A stretch of 63,792 nucleotides of DNA, the filler included, from Reticulomyxa filosa (Eukaryota > Protista > Foraminifera), in NCBI GenBank assembly GCA_000512085.1. It is 18 parts of 18 records of this genome, joined end to end, with 100 filler letters (N's around TTAATTAATTAA, not from the genome) between each part and the next. Parts side by side here need not be neighbours in the genome. Positions count along the whole stretch, not along the records: positions 1 to 5,853 come from ASPP01023376.1; positions 5,954 to 8,366 come from ASPP01049295.1; positions 8,467 to 10,905 come from ASPP01009286.1; positions 11,006 to 14,368 come from ASPP01045384.1; 14 more parts are not named here. One strand, given 5' to 3'. The position numbers were made by a program, and so were the translations under genes. Below are positions 1-11,939 of this stretch, one piece after another. The notes under the pieces are model-generated. The model did not search any database and was not told the DNA's origin. It saw only the letters and a list, made by a program, of their open reading frames with translations. Each line of letters begins with the position of its first letter. Positions within the stretch are counted from its first letter, which is position 1.

Positions 1-47
<47 letters not shown>

Positions 48-1593
48 GTTTGAATGACGATCATTCAAAGTCAAATGCTTGACATCATTCTCATGTCCAA
101 ACGGCCTTGTAGGCGGGGTCATCCTGGCTTTGAAAACCACTTTGCCATGACTCTGTCCGCGGGAATGCAGCTCAGGACTAAGTCTGGCTTTCAATCCCGA
201 GCGAAGTGAGGACAGCTCGTGGGTATTCGAAAGCTGCTGATGATGTTGATGAGGCAGCGTCGGCGAGTCGTTCGCGCCGACGGGGGACGTCATCGCCCGA
301 AACTGTGATTCCATTTCCTGGATCTCTTGCAAGCTCGGGCTAGTTTTTCGTTCCAGTCCAGGGTTTGATGATTGCATAATTATGTTTTCCATTGTCCAAC
401 TCTTTTGTTTGACAGTTATATTATTATTATTATTATTATTATGAGTTAGTGACTGCTTTGGACCTGGCCGAGGATGGATTGACATAGGTATCGCATTTCT
501 ACCGTGCGAAAAGGACATGCTGCGACCATTGTCATCCCACCGTTTGACTTGGACTGCAATCTGCTTCGATTGTCGTGTCACCCTTCTCTGCTGTTCCTCC
601 GACGCCTTGCTTTCCATCACCATGGCCTCCTTCTCTTGCATTGACAGTCGCTTCTGCGGCGGCGGATGTGAGCGTGCTCTCATTGCGTCTGGAGACCCAT
701 TATCCTGTTGTTGCTCTCTGTTTGTGTGTAATTTCCTAATTGGTTTTCCAAGCATGTTAAAACAACTATATGTATACACATTGTGAGAAAAAAAAAAGTG
801 TTGTTGTTTCCTGCACAACTTTCCTGTTGTCAATGCGGACATGTTCCGGGATAAAAACAGGGGATGACAATGGCGATGCCAAGGGTGACACATTTCCGAA
901 TTGGGAGAGATCTTCCTCCGAATCGTCGACACCAATGACATTTGCATTGTTATTAATATTCGTATTAATGTTATTATTATTGTTATTGTTATTATTGTTA
1001 TTGTTATTATTGTCATTGTTATTGTTATTGTCAGTATTGGTAGCTTTAGCGGTAGGCTTTTTTTTAACATCGGCACGATAAGGTGTTACATAGCGTCCAT
1101 ACATGGAAAGGCTGTAAGAAAGTTCTCTGCTATCGCGATGATTGGATCCTTGCTGACTATGCTGTGATCCACCTCCGCTCAACTCCTCTCGCGAATGTTC
1201 GTTGCCTCTTCTCACTTGCGCTTTGCTTTTCGGGGGGGGGTCACTTAATGGACTTCTCGTTTCTTGTCTCTGTCTCTGGTGGTCGTGATTATCCTCGTAG
1301 CCCATCACTTCCGATCGTGGCGATATCACTGGCGATGACTGCATGTCTTCCGTCGATTGCTCCGTATTCGTATTATATCCTCGCTTCACTGCGCGTGACG
1401 ATCCTGGCTTTTTCTTTTCGTTTGTCGTTCGTGTCGTACTCATTCGTCGTCTCACTTCATTCTTGCTTGGCCCTATGTCCGGAGACGAAAAGTACTCTGG
1501 AGATGGAGGTGTTGTCACCGCTTTACTTCCACGAGTCTTCTCTCCTGAATCTCGTTTTGAAGACCTCTTTTTACCTTCATGATTTCGGGACAT
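1..1593 (-). CDS. Low-complexity S/R/N-rich hypothetical protein, at least 2 exons, 3' end cut by window start
   Basis: ORF 766..1593 (MSRNHEG...). A probable short intron ends at TAG near 766, then the frame stays open (MLGKPIRKLHTNREQQ...NNNN) to position 1. Poly-Asn (AAT)n tracts. Confidence 0.65.
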
Positions 1594-2689
1594 TCAATTT
1601 ATTGTCAATGTCCAAGTCGAAAGGACTTGTTTTTTTTTCCCCCTGTTTCTGGGTTTTTGCTTTTGTTTTATGCCCAGTATCGTGCGCAATTTTAAAAAAG
1701 GCGTCTAAAATTAAATAATGCACAAAATTTAGCAATCTTTGCAAATATAATGCACACTCTTTTCTCATGTTGAATTTCTGGTTAATTTTTCCAAAAAAAC
1801 CCCCTTGTCTCACTAACGTAGCGTCAACAAGTTGTATATAATCGAAAGCGCTACTTTAAAATGAGGTATACTACCAGAATATCCGTCAAAAAGCTAAGAA
1901 TATCGCGAAATGAGATTTTACGAAAGACTAGAAGAACTTTACACGTTTCTGACACGTCCTTTGTTGTTACAAAAAATTTTTAAACTTAAAAATCAATAAC
2001 TTTAGGTCTTTACTTTATTTTATTAATAGCCTTTGTTGGCTTCTAAAAAATTTATTGCCATTGTTGTGACCCAAATGTTGCCAACCATACAAAAAAGATG
2101 TTTACGTAAAATAGCTCTTCATCTTACGTAACGGTGAGGTCAGAAAAAAAATAGCTGAAGGACAATAGTATCAAATATTTCTTGAACAGATTCCAGTTTT
2201 AAATAATATTCTTGTTCTTCGAAACAGAAAAGATGATATCATGAATTAATTCAACGATCGTGTTTGATAATATACAAAAATTAAAAGCACAATACTTGAA
2301 ATATCTTGAGATTTATTTTGAAATTTGACTACAATTTTCGCTTGTTATGCTTTTGAATCCTTTAAAAAAAATTGAACAAAGCTTTTTAATCTTTTTTTAA
2401 ACAACAAAGTAAGATAGAATAAAAAGAACAAATCTCTTAATGCTTGAATTTAATCAATCTAACAAGTTTAATATAAACTTACTTTTCTTTTAATCAAACT
2501 TTTCAACAAAAACACTTTCATCTGATTCAGATAATATTGTATGAAATAATTCATTTAAATATAACTGATAGTCTTACATTCATTCCTTTGTTTTTTCCAT
2601 TGAGATTATCTTGGATGATGCAACTTTTTTTTTTGACGAATAAAAGGGTTATGAAAAATTAAGTTATTTGTTGTTTCTATTTAATGATG

Positions 2690-2975
2690 GATATTTTGTA
2701 AGATATTAAGACATCACAACAATGAACTATGATTTTTTCAATTGAAAGACATTTGGTTTGGATTATGAGTATAAATGGTAATGCAATTGTGTGAAGTTTT
2801 ATGAAGAACATGTATTTTGAAAATATAACGATGTAATAGAGAATAGTATTGAAGTTTTTGGTTGTAATTCAAATGTGATATGTTCTGGATCAAGTGATAA
2901 TACAATCCGATTTTGGAATATTCAATCAAATGATAATCAATTGTATGTTATGAAAAGAAATGATGGAATATTTTA
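2690..2975 (+). pseudogene. Decayed WD40-repeat gene fragment
   Basis: About 2864-2970 reads NSNVICSGSSDNTIRFWNIQSNDNQLYVMKRNDGI, a WD40 blade; the flanks contain stops and frameshifts. Confidence 0.65.
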
Positions 2976-3329
2976 ATTCACAATCTTTTCCTATCTGCCA
3001 TTGTGCTTTGATTGATAAAAATAATCAATACTCTTACCTTCTTGATGCATCGTCTGCAATGACTCACTATTAGTTTGAGTAAAACTTTTATAAAGAAATT
3101 TAATTTTTTTCAAATACATTTACTTCAAAATTACGTTACTGCATTCTTGAAAGATTGATGACAATAACAATGCTTCAAGTTTTTAAATAATATCTTCCAA
3201 ACAGAAAAATGTATATTAAGAAAGACTCAAAAGAAACTTGTACCACTTGAAAATTTTTTTTATAGTGATATAAAGTTTTTTATAGTAGTTGGATTTTGTA
3301 TATTGTGACTTCTTCCTTTTATTACTGTT

Positions 3330-3625
3330 TTTGGCAACGCTTTTTGTTGCAATTCATTTTGGGGGTTGCAGTAGTCGGTTCAGCATTATATTTGGTGTGA
3401 TAAAGAAAAGACTGTCGAGCATTTACTGATGGAATGTTTGCGGACAGTGAATCGCGTTGCAATTGGTGGACAAATGTTAAGAATTGTTGCCATACATTAA
3501 TATATTGTTACTGTCGATGAAACAGTTCATCATTTGTGATCGATTGTGGAAACAAGATGTCAGGATTAAAGTTGTGAAAGCAGAGGCCAAGTTTGTAATC
3601 GATACCAAGAGAAGGATTTGAATAA
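3330..3625 (+). mobile_element. Non-LTR retrotransposon ORF2 C-terminal remnant (RT-associated zinc finger)
   Basis: YIWCDKEKTVEHLLMEC matches a degenerate CxxC...ETxxHLLxxC, followed after frameshifts by RLWKQDVRIKVVKAEAKFVIDTKRRI*, a typical LINE ORF2 end. Confidence 0.7.
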
Positions 3626-4499
3626 GTGTCAATTTTCTTCAAAACAAATATCAATTTAAATTGAAATAATTTTATTGTTTTTCTTTTGATTATTTTGCAT
3701 GGATCTTTTTGGTCGTTCTAAAATTTTGTGTCTTTCTTTTGAGTACTGTGTTCTATTTCTTAGAACGAGAAAAGAAATATCCAATTTACTTTGGTAAAAG
3801 TTTCCATAGATACTTGCAAGTCATAATCTATCATAGACTAAAAACTATGTAAGTCGCATTTGGAGAGTCCCGGGGGTTGAGAGACACAATATATTTGTAT
3901 GCTGCTTTGAGAATTTGTATTGCCCATGCTCAGAAGTGGAAGGCTTCATCGCGCTTACCTTCGGCTTCCGCGCGTTTTCCGTTACTTTTCCTTTTGCTAG
4001 TCGAAACTTTTGCTTTCATTTTGCCATTTCTCCATAGGGGCATGTATTTGGACTTGCCATCCTTCCTCTTGAGCGATTGCACTTTGTTTGACCACTAGTT
4101 TGGCTTGGTTACCTTTGATGATGAGATGGGTCAATTAATTTTTACATCTTTTGGAGGCTGAGGAGGCTCTGCGAATGTCTTTGCCAATAGATATGCTTTA
4201 TAAAAAAAAATTTAGCACATTCATAATCATTTTCAATTTACTGCAAAAGTTGTTTTTTTTGAAGGGATCTGGGTAGATAAGTTCAAGATACTCCAAGATC
4301 TTTCAAGATATGAAACTCATTTTGAAATATTAGTATTTGAAATTTTGGAAAAAATTTCTTTAGGATATTTCCTTAAGAAAATTAGTTGTTATTGGAAGAT
4401 TTAAGAAGTCTTCGGGCAATTAAAAGAAATTGCAAATTTGTTATTTTGAAGATTTTTTATTGGATTTTATTGTTGGTATTAAGAAATTGAAATTTAAAG

Positions 4500-5853
4500 G
4501 TTATTTACTAATTCTTATTACTTGGGGATTCAGGCAAGATCAGCCAGGACGCAAAAACAGCGAGTCAAAGTTTTATTTAAGGAATAGCGACGTCTCCTTG
4601 CAAAAATTTTGCTCTGAATATTAAAGTTTTTGAAGTTTGAAAGATAACTTCATTAACGAACAAGTCATTAGCAAAACCAAAAGGCATCCACAATTTAAAA
4701 GCGTATGGAAGAACAAAACACATTGATAAACCGTCTGGTAATTCGTTGTCGTCATTGACAAACATTATAAATCAAAACAATACTGCTTCACAATCTTGTC
4801 ATCAAAGCAGATCAAAAACAGTTAATTATGTAAACAACTGTGATGATGATACAATGATTGATAATGCAAATAAAAATAGGAAATAAGTGGAAATTAAACC
4901 ACAAGACAGTGTCTTCAAGATACAAGATGATGAAAATGAACTCTAGAAGACAAAGAATTCAATATTGCAAAAAGAAGCAAATCAGAAATTGAATATAAAA
5001 GAAATTAAAGGAAAGAATTAAATGCTGAAAACATTTGGAAAAAAAACAAAAAGGTGCGAAAAGATTACTTTTGCAAAGCAATAGATTAAACACTACGATT
5101 TGTTCTATCTTCAGATCGGATTATGTTGCAGAGAAATTGAAAATCCACAAATAAATCGATGCATATTATTAAGGATGTATCGATAATTGAATCATCTCAA
5201 GAGTTGTGGTCACTTTGGAAGAATTGGGATATGAAGTAGAAGAAGTCGAAAGATTCAAGGGTATGCCAGTGGTGAAGATTACATTCACAAAAGCAGAAGA
5301 TATGCAAAGAGCACTTGATGAAAAAATAATTACCAGTGTGAAATATTTGACAAGTATCGACGACGTCCAAGATCACACTTCATTCAATGTAAGAAATGCT
5401 TCAAGTTGAATCATTTCGCAAAAGACTGCACGAGGGCGAAAGTATGCAAGTATTGTGGAAGAAAGATACATCAGAGCAGTGTCATCACAGAAAGAACTCA
5501 AGTTCCAGAAATGTGTTTTATACAAAGAAAAGCATCCAAGTGATTCAATAATGTGTCCGATTATCCAAAAAGCAAGAAATGCGATAGGAGTTAATTGATC
5601 TCGAAGTGAAAAGAAAATAATTGAAAAGAAAAAACAAGTGAATCAACAGCATCACACAGAAAAATCTAATATACAAAAAAAAAAAAAATTTATTTAAACA
5701 TCCTTCATCATTGAGATAAACTTTTGAACAACTAGATACTGCAACATCTAGCAGTATCTGAAAGAAGTTCGAAGTTAATCTTCGATTATGAACAACAATT
5801 TTTCGTCGCCAACAAGATTGTGGCGAAAACAGAAACAAAGACAAAGATACAAA
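4500..5853 (+). mobile_element. Non-LTR retrotransposon ORF1 (gag-like, triple zinc knuckle) remnant
   Basis: LEELGYEVEEVERFKGMPVVKITF, then QCKKCFKLNHFAKDC, CKYCGRK..H and CVLYKEKHPSDSIMC: three CCHC-type knuckles as in I/Jockey-type ORF1. Frameshifted; 5' boundary approximate. Confidence 0.75.
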
Positions 5854-5953
5854 NNNNNNNNNNNNNNNNNNNNNNNNNNNNNNNNNNNNNNNNNNNNTTA
5901 ATTAATTAANNNNNNNNNNNNNNNNNNNNNNNNNNNNNNNNNNNNNNNNNNNN
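5854..5953. other. Artificial contig-joining linker (first of 17)
   Basis: 100-bp N-run/TTAATTAATTAA/N-run with stops in all six frames. The same linker starts at 8367, 10906, 14369, 16083, 18050, 22663, 23897, 25151, 38392, 44538, 49052, 51052, 54917, 56848, 58622 and 62684. Confidence 0.98.
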
Positions 5954-6195
5954 TTTTTTGGATACTTGGAAAAAAAAAAAAAAAAAAATTATGTAAGTCC
6001 GAAACTTAAATAATAATTGATGAGTTGTAATTTTTTGCTATTGTACATATTTGCCAACACACCACTGGAGTCACTGAGCTTTTTCCATTGTTTAAACTTT
6101 TCTTCAATATTTCCTGAAATATTTGTATACACTTATATTTATTTAAAGATGAAAGTTTTTTTTGATTTGGCTTGTCCTTCTTTTTGTATAACATC

Positions 6196-6232
<37 letters not shown>

Positions 6233-6249
6233 TATATACATGATCTAAA

Positions 6250-7253
6250 CGTATAATGAGGTTATCCAAAATAACAATGCTGCCCGGATTGAGTGTTTGT
6301 TTGAAATTCTTGATATCTTCTGAATGAAGCAGACATTCGTCTGGATAAGGCCATTCGATCGACAGCACTCCGCCGATGGGTTCCTTGAATTGCGCGACGA
6401 ACTTGAAGAACTCTTCAATAATGTCGAAAGAAAAGATTGTGGAGTCGGATTGGGATTTTTTTTCAGTTGGTCGAACAAGTGGACGCATATGATTTCCAAA
6501 GAGTTATTGGAAAGGTATTTCTTGTCTTTCATTGTATAGTGCTGCCACATCTTCAAAAACATGATCGCCGATCGCGTGTTCTTTCCGACAATTCTTCTCT
6601 CATGTAATATACTCGAAGCAATGACAATGATGCATCATGTTCTTTTCCAAAAATTTGGTCCATGCTTTATTTGCTCTGCTCATTTGCTTGATATATCTTT
6701 GATGTATTGGCGCTTCATCAATCAAATCATTCACAGCCATTTGCAATTCCTCTGAAGAAAATGGATACACATGGACTCTTTTTTGAGTGTAATGAAATTC
6801 ACAATATTGTCGTTTTGAAAACGTCCATGCTATCACTATATGATATTCCACTCCTTTCCATTTTATTCGCAATGACGACTCTGAGTATCGCACTATTGTG
6901 TGCGTCCCTTCTTTTTTCATCTTTTCAACACATTGCTTAATCCACTCCAAAATGTCCTTATGTTTTTGCTGGAGTGAATCCATATTACGATCAGTCAAAT
7001 ACCTTTTTTTTAGGTGGTGCAAAAATACTAAATATCCGCAAGATACTCTCGGGATCGCCAGTTTTTTTTGCACACATCCAGAAAGTATCGCTCCGTAAAT
7101 ACACCGAAATGCACATTTTTTGTGAGACGCCCTTTTTTTTTTATCCAACATGTTATTTATTAAATCATTTGCAAATATATAATATTTATTCAGGGCGCTA
7201 GACGAAGCTACGTCTTGGAGCTTCTCGTCCAAATAATCCTGCCCATTCGTCAT
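6250..7253 (-). CDS. 2'-5' oligoadenylate synthetase (OAS)-like nucleotidyltransferase-fold protein, catalytically degenerate, three 1-nt frameshifts
   Basis: OAS-like blocks in order across three frames: GAILSGCVQKKLAIPRVSCGYLVFL; KGVEYHIVIAW; ASLSLLRVYYMRE..IVGKNTRSAIMFLKMW; YLSNNSLEIICVHLFDQ; FDIIEEFFKFVAQF..SIEW; PGSIVILD. A further 3' exon near 6140-6195 is possible. Confidence 0.65.
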
Positions 7254-7539
7254 TAGCAACAAAGGGTTGTAATGACTTTTTTTAAAGGGTTTTTTTCACG
7301 TTCAAAAACAATTTCTCATGTTATTGTTTTTCACAAGATATTGTCCTATGTCGAAACTGCATAAAAGATAAATAATAATACTTTCTGTACTTTGAAAAGT
7401 GTTTGCATGAGATTAAGATCTTATTAATAAGAAATAGACTGCAACAATGAATAGGCTTGAAAAAGGCCAACAAATTAAAAGTGATATTAAAAAAAAAAAA
7501 CAAAATAAAATAAAAGTACAATATTATATATGGCTATGA

Positions 7540-8247
7540 CTATAATTGTTCAGTTTTTTCTTGAGGCGAAGTTAAACTGTAACGAGCCAAACAAAGCTTG
7601 CCAACTTTGGAGGCATTGCTTTGGTTATTGGTACTTAAATATTTCCAACCCAAAGAAGCGGCACATTTGGAGCAACTGACCCAAGCTATCTCATAGGAAC
7701 CAGTGGTAAATTTTTCAGTTTTCGTAGCTCCCAATGTTAGATTGACAGCACAATTAAATAGATAGCCTCTTTTTTTTTCGGTAAATGCTCCTTGTCCAAC
7801 TTGGTAATTTCGACTTGCAATATCACCCTCCAAACTAATATGTGTTCCACAGTTCTTACATGCATAGCACTTGCTTTTGTCCAATTCTTTCAAAGAAACA
7901 CAACTTTTTGCATCGACATCGGTCTCTTCGACTTTTTTGGCTTTGGCAGTGTCCTTCAAACTTTGTACTTCTTTTTGCAATGCTTTCGTTTGTTCCAACA
8001 ACTCCTTATTTTTGCTATCAAGTGCACACACTCTATCGCGTAGTCTCTGTTTTTCCTCTTTCATTTGTTTCATTTCCTCCAACATTGCAGTCATTGTCTT
8101 TCGGCATTCTTTTATGTTTTTTTCAAGATTCTCCATTTCTTTGAGCTGTGAGTGCCTATTTGACAATTTCTCAAGTTCCTCTTGGAGGGCTTTCAACTCG
8201 TTATTCTGCTCTGGTCCAAAATCGACAATTTGGAAATCGTCTTCCAT
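7540..8247 (-). CDS. Coiled-coil + Yippee/Mis18-type zinc-binding protein
   Basis: Intact 235-aa ORF. About 100 aa of heptad E/K/L region precede CYACKNCGTHI...RGYLFNCAVNL...TGSYEIAWVSCSKCAASLGWKY (two CxxC, Yippee signature). Confidence 0.88.
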   Translation of the reverse strand: MEDDFQIVDFGPEQNNELKALQEELEKLSNRHSQLKEMENLEKNIKECRKTMTAMLEEMKQMKEEKQRLRDRVCALDSKNKELLEQTKALQKEVQSLKDTAKAKKVEETDVDAKSCVSLKELDKSKCYACKNCGTHISLEGDIASRNYQVGQGAFTEKKRGYLFNCAVNLTLGATKTEKFTTGSYEIAWVSCSKCAASLGWKYLSTNNQSNASKVGKLCLARYSLTSPQEKTEQL

Positions 8248-8569
8248 GTCTTTTCAAACAAAGGGTATATTATTAATATTCTATTGAGGGTAATTCCAAA
8301 ACACAAGTACGCAAAAAAAGCCTAAATACTAAAGAAAAACTCGTTGTGGACTTTAGAATTGACCCCNNNNNNNNNNNNNNNNNNNNNNNNNNNNNNNNNN
8401 NNNNNNNNNNTTAATTAATTAANNNNNNNNNNNNNNNNNNNNNNNNNNNNNNNNNNNNNNNNNNNNCTGACTGTGCATTTGTACACACTTTGTGTTTTTT
8501 TTTTTGTAAAAAAAAATTTGAAAAATGAATTGTTTGTTTTTGTTGGATTGTGCAACTAAATCTACAACA

Positions 8570-9110
8570 ATAGGGAGTTGCTTGACAGCAAAGAATACAA
8601 TGTATGTTCGATTATTTGTTTATTGTTGTTGTTAGTGTCCTTTGTTTGATCACTTATCAAACATCAACATTAATATTTAATCCATTTATGTCTTGGGCAT
8701 ATACACTTGTAAATATACCACTTGAAGGCCTTAAAAGAGGAACCATTCTTGCGTTTTGCAAAACGAGTTATGCTTGGTTTATTTTGAAAAAGGAAAAAAC
8801 GAAAGAGGCTTGTTTTATTGAAAAGGCTTTTTTAAAAAATTTTTCTTCTTCAATATTTGACTGGGAAGGGGGGGATGTGTATTTATAAGGTGCATATATA
8901 CATATATGTATATATGTATGCATGTATATGTGGTAGGCAACAACCATGGACGAAGGAGAATTTTATGATCAGCTGATTCGTGCGTTTGTTCACTTTCAAA
9001 CTGATCCTGGAGTGTGTGCTATTCGTACCCGCTTTGACTCTGACCTCGGTGATGGACCTCAATATGATGAAAAACGTGTTTGGGGTTTGGTTGATTATCA
9101 CCAACATTAA
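8570..9110 (+). CDS. 3' exons of an unidentified gene
   Basis: Short coding-like segments separated by intron-like tracts: ELLDSKEYN; ITYQTSTLIFNPFMSWAYTLVNIPLEGLKRG; MDEGEFYDQLIRAFVHF...GLVDYHQH*. Confidence 0.4.
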
Positions 9111-9593
9111 AATTACCATTTGGTCACCACTCTTTGAAAATAACTCTGCATTTCCGGTGCAATGAGGACGCTCACAAGCTCTTTTCTTGTAAAGGCTTGT
9201 TTTCACCTTTTCTTTTTTTTGGTTTTGCTTTTTAATATTCCTCCAACCCTTTCACTCCTTCCTCTTCCTCGCATGGAAGGTTGGTCAATTATTCTTTTTG
9301 TCAATAACTGGCACAAGTGAAATTAAAAAATTCAAGACTGGAAGACATCCTCTTTTAAACCTTAAAAATGCCCAGATCAGTTGATCAAATGCAGATCTAT
9401 CGTTCTTTCTTGTATTATCTTTTTACACACTTACCATTTGTCTTGTCTTCAAACAAAGTTCATTTATTTGTGACCCCTTATTCCGAGTTTTTTTATTCTG
9501 TTTTAAAAAAAAGGCAAATTGTTATTCGATAACCGGCAGTACAAAATTTTTGCAAGGCCACATCACTTTTAAAAATAAAAACGAAGAAAAAAG

Positions 9594-10833
9594 ATGGAAT
9601 CGTTGGAAGACAAAATGGAAAACGTGCCTGAGCCAGAAATATTTAAAAAATATTTCGCTTTTTTGGAATGGAAATGGGGGCGCGTCCTGATCGTTGTCTG
9701 GTGGCTCGCAATGATAATTTTGGGGATATCCTATGGATTTGACCTGCTCAATCTAACGAATTTTGAGTTTGACCCTCCAAGTGGCAGTCAAGGTATGAAA
9801 ATAAGTGAATAAATAATTTTAAGAAAATCCTCTTCGTTTCGCACTTTTGGCATTTTTTTTCTCCCTAAAAAATAGAACCAAAAAAAAACAAAAAACAGAC
9901 AAGTCCGGATTGTGTTTGTGTATAACATATGAGCACAGCTGATAAAGCACAAAACGAGTTTAACGATCAATTCCATTCAATAGCATCAACAAAAGAACTA
10001 GTAGTGTATTACAAATGCAGTTAAGTGAGAGGTATTTTGGTTCCTCCAAAGAGAACAAAAAAAATTATGTAAATGTAGATAATGTTGACTTTGGGTATGA
10101 TACCCTCCACATACACATACACATACACATACACACAGCAAAGGCAAAATGCAATACCTCATACCCTATCACGAGAGAGGACTTAGACATGCAAAACATG
10201 AGCATAGCCCTCAATGCTTCTTTGCACTCATATTCCCAAGACCACGACCACATCATTAAGTCCTACAAAGACATTTATAATGCTATCCCCATTTGCACCA
10301 AATACAGCAGTCTCGCCAAATGTATGACCTATCTCGACGAAACTTACGTCTCAGTTTGGGATCAATTTTTATGTGTTTGTGTGTGTATGTGTGGTGTTTT
10401 GAATGATTTCATCCTCAAAATGTGTTCATATGTAATATATACATATATATAAATTTATATTTTTTTAATATGTACATGTACATAATATCCATATGTATGT
10501 GTATGTGTAAATGAAGCCGGATGGCGATAGTGCCATGGGTGTGATCCGCTACGATGGTAGCGCAACGACGTCAGAAACGAAAAGCATGAACAATTACATT
10601 AAAAAGAAGTGTGAAGAGATCAGCACCAGTAACAGCGACAGAATTGTGATCAAATTTACTGGAGAAACGCCAATGATACAAGACATGACCGCTGCGTCAC
10701 GAGACGACGTGGAGAAGAAGGATATTATTACAATCCCTGTCGCCTTGTGTGTCTTGGCCTTTGTCGTCCGAACCTGGCGAACCATGTTTATTCCTATCAT
10801 TTGTGTCTTTGGCTCTGTTTGTACAAGTTTCAG
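9594..10833 (+). CDS. MMPL/RND-superfamily membrane transporter, N-terminal part, about 4 exons, cut by contig end
   Basis: TM1 RVLIVVWWLAMIILG...FDPPSGS, a lumenal domain, then FTGETPMIQDMTAASRDDVEKKDIITIPVALCVLAFVVRTWRTMFIPII (MMPL TM2-TM3 pattern). Confidence 0.75.
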
Positions 10834-11005
10834 GTACGTCTCACCTCGGCACACACTCTCCCAAAAAAAAAAAAAAAAAAAGGGGGGGGGTGGGGAGAGA
10901 GAGAGNNNNNNNNNNNNNNNNNNNNNNNNNNNNNNNNNNNNNNNNNNNNTTAATTAATTAANNNNNNNNNNNNNNNNNNNNNNNNNNNNNNNNNNNNNNN
11001 NNNNN

Positions 11006-11890
11006 GGTATCCGATGCTCTGACGGCGTGGTGTTAGGAGTAGAAAAATTAATTCATTCTAAAATGTTAGTGAAAGACACATATCATCGTATATTCACGGT
11101 CTCCAAAAACGCAAGCATTGTACGTTCCGACCATACACATAATATATGTATATGTGCATTCCATCTTTTTTTGTTGTTTCGAATTTGTAAAACAAATAAA
11201 AATGAATGAATGAATGATAGGCAATTGCAGGTGTTTTACCTGATGGAAGACAACTAGTAAACCGTGCGCGAGAGGAAGCATCATCGTATAAACGCAATTT
11301 TGGCGTAGAAATCCCAGGAAAAATCCTGGCACAAAGAGTGGCGTTGTTTGTTCATGCGTACACGGAGTACTGGCATTTGAGGCCTTTTGGAGTGTCTTGT
11401 TTGGTCGCTACTTGCGACGAAAATGATGGCCCGCAACTGTATTTAATCGACCCTTCTGGCGATTGTCGCAAATTCCAAGCCATCGCCGTCGGAAAGGGAC
11501 AACAGCCCTCTCGAGTTCAATTGGAAAAAATTGACTTCCAAAAGATCACTTGCAAAGAGGCTGTTAACAAAGTCGCCCAAATGTTTAGTTTTTTTAAAAA
11601 AATTTTTGTTCAAAGTATAAACATTATTGATTTTTTTTTTAGCATTTATTCCATTCATGACGACGTCAAAGATAAACCATTTGATCTGGAACTTAGTTGG
11701 GTATTGAATGACCCAAAAAAGTTAATCTTACTTTGTTCGTTTGTTTATTTGATTGGTGCATTGAAAACAAAGAAAATACATGTTTGGATGAACGACAGAT
11801 ACGTATTTGTTCCACAAGATGTGTTGTCACAAGCAAAAGACGCTGGTGCAAAGCAGCACAAGATGAAGAGTCTATGATGAAGATGCTTAA
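11006..11890 (+). CDS. PSMA3: 20S proteasome subunit alpha type-3 (alpha7), 5' truncated, multi-exon
   Basis: GIRCSDGVVLGVEKLIHSKML; AGVLPDGRQLVNRAREEA; FVHAYTEYWHLRPFG; IYSIHDDVKDKPFDLELSW; acidic tail with apparent 1-nt deletions. Confidence 0.93.
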
Positions 11891-11939
11891 TTTGAGACTA
11901 TTTTTTAATTTTGACAATCAAATCCCCATTACAACAAAA

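Noticed and set aside
770-1167. Hydrophobic poly-Leu/Ile/Val membrane-protein ORFs (also 50251..50628 and 58176..58602)
   Set aside because: These are antisense or off-frame readings of AAT/CAA/ACA trinucleotide tracts in genes on the other strand.
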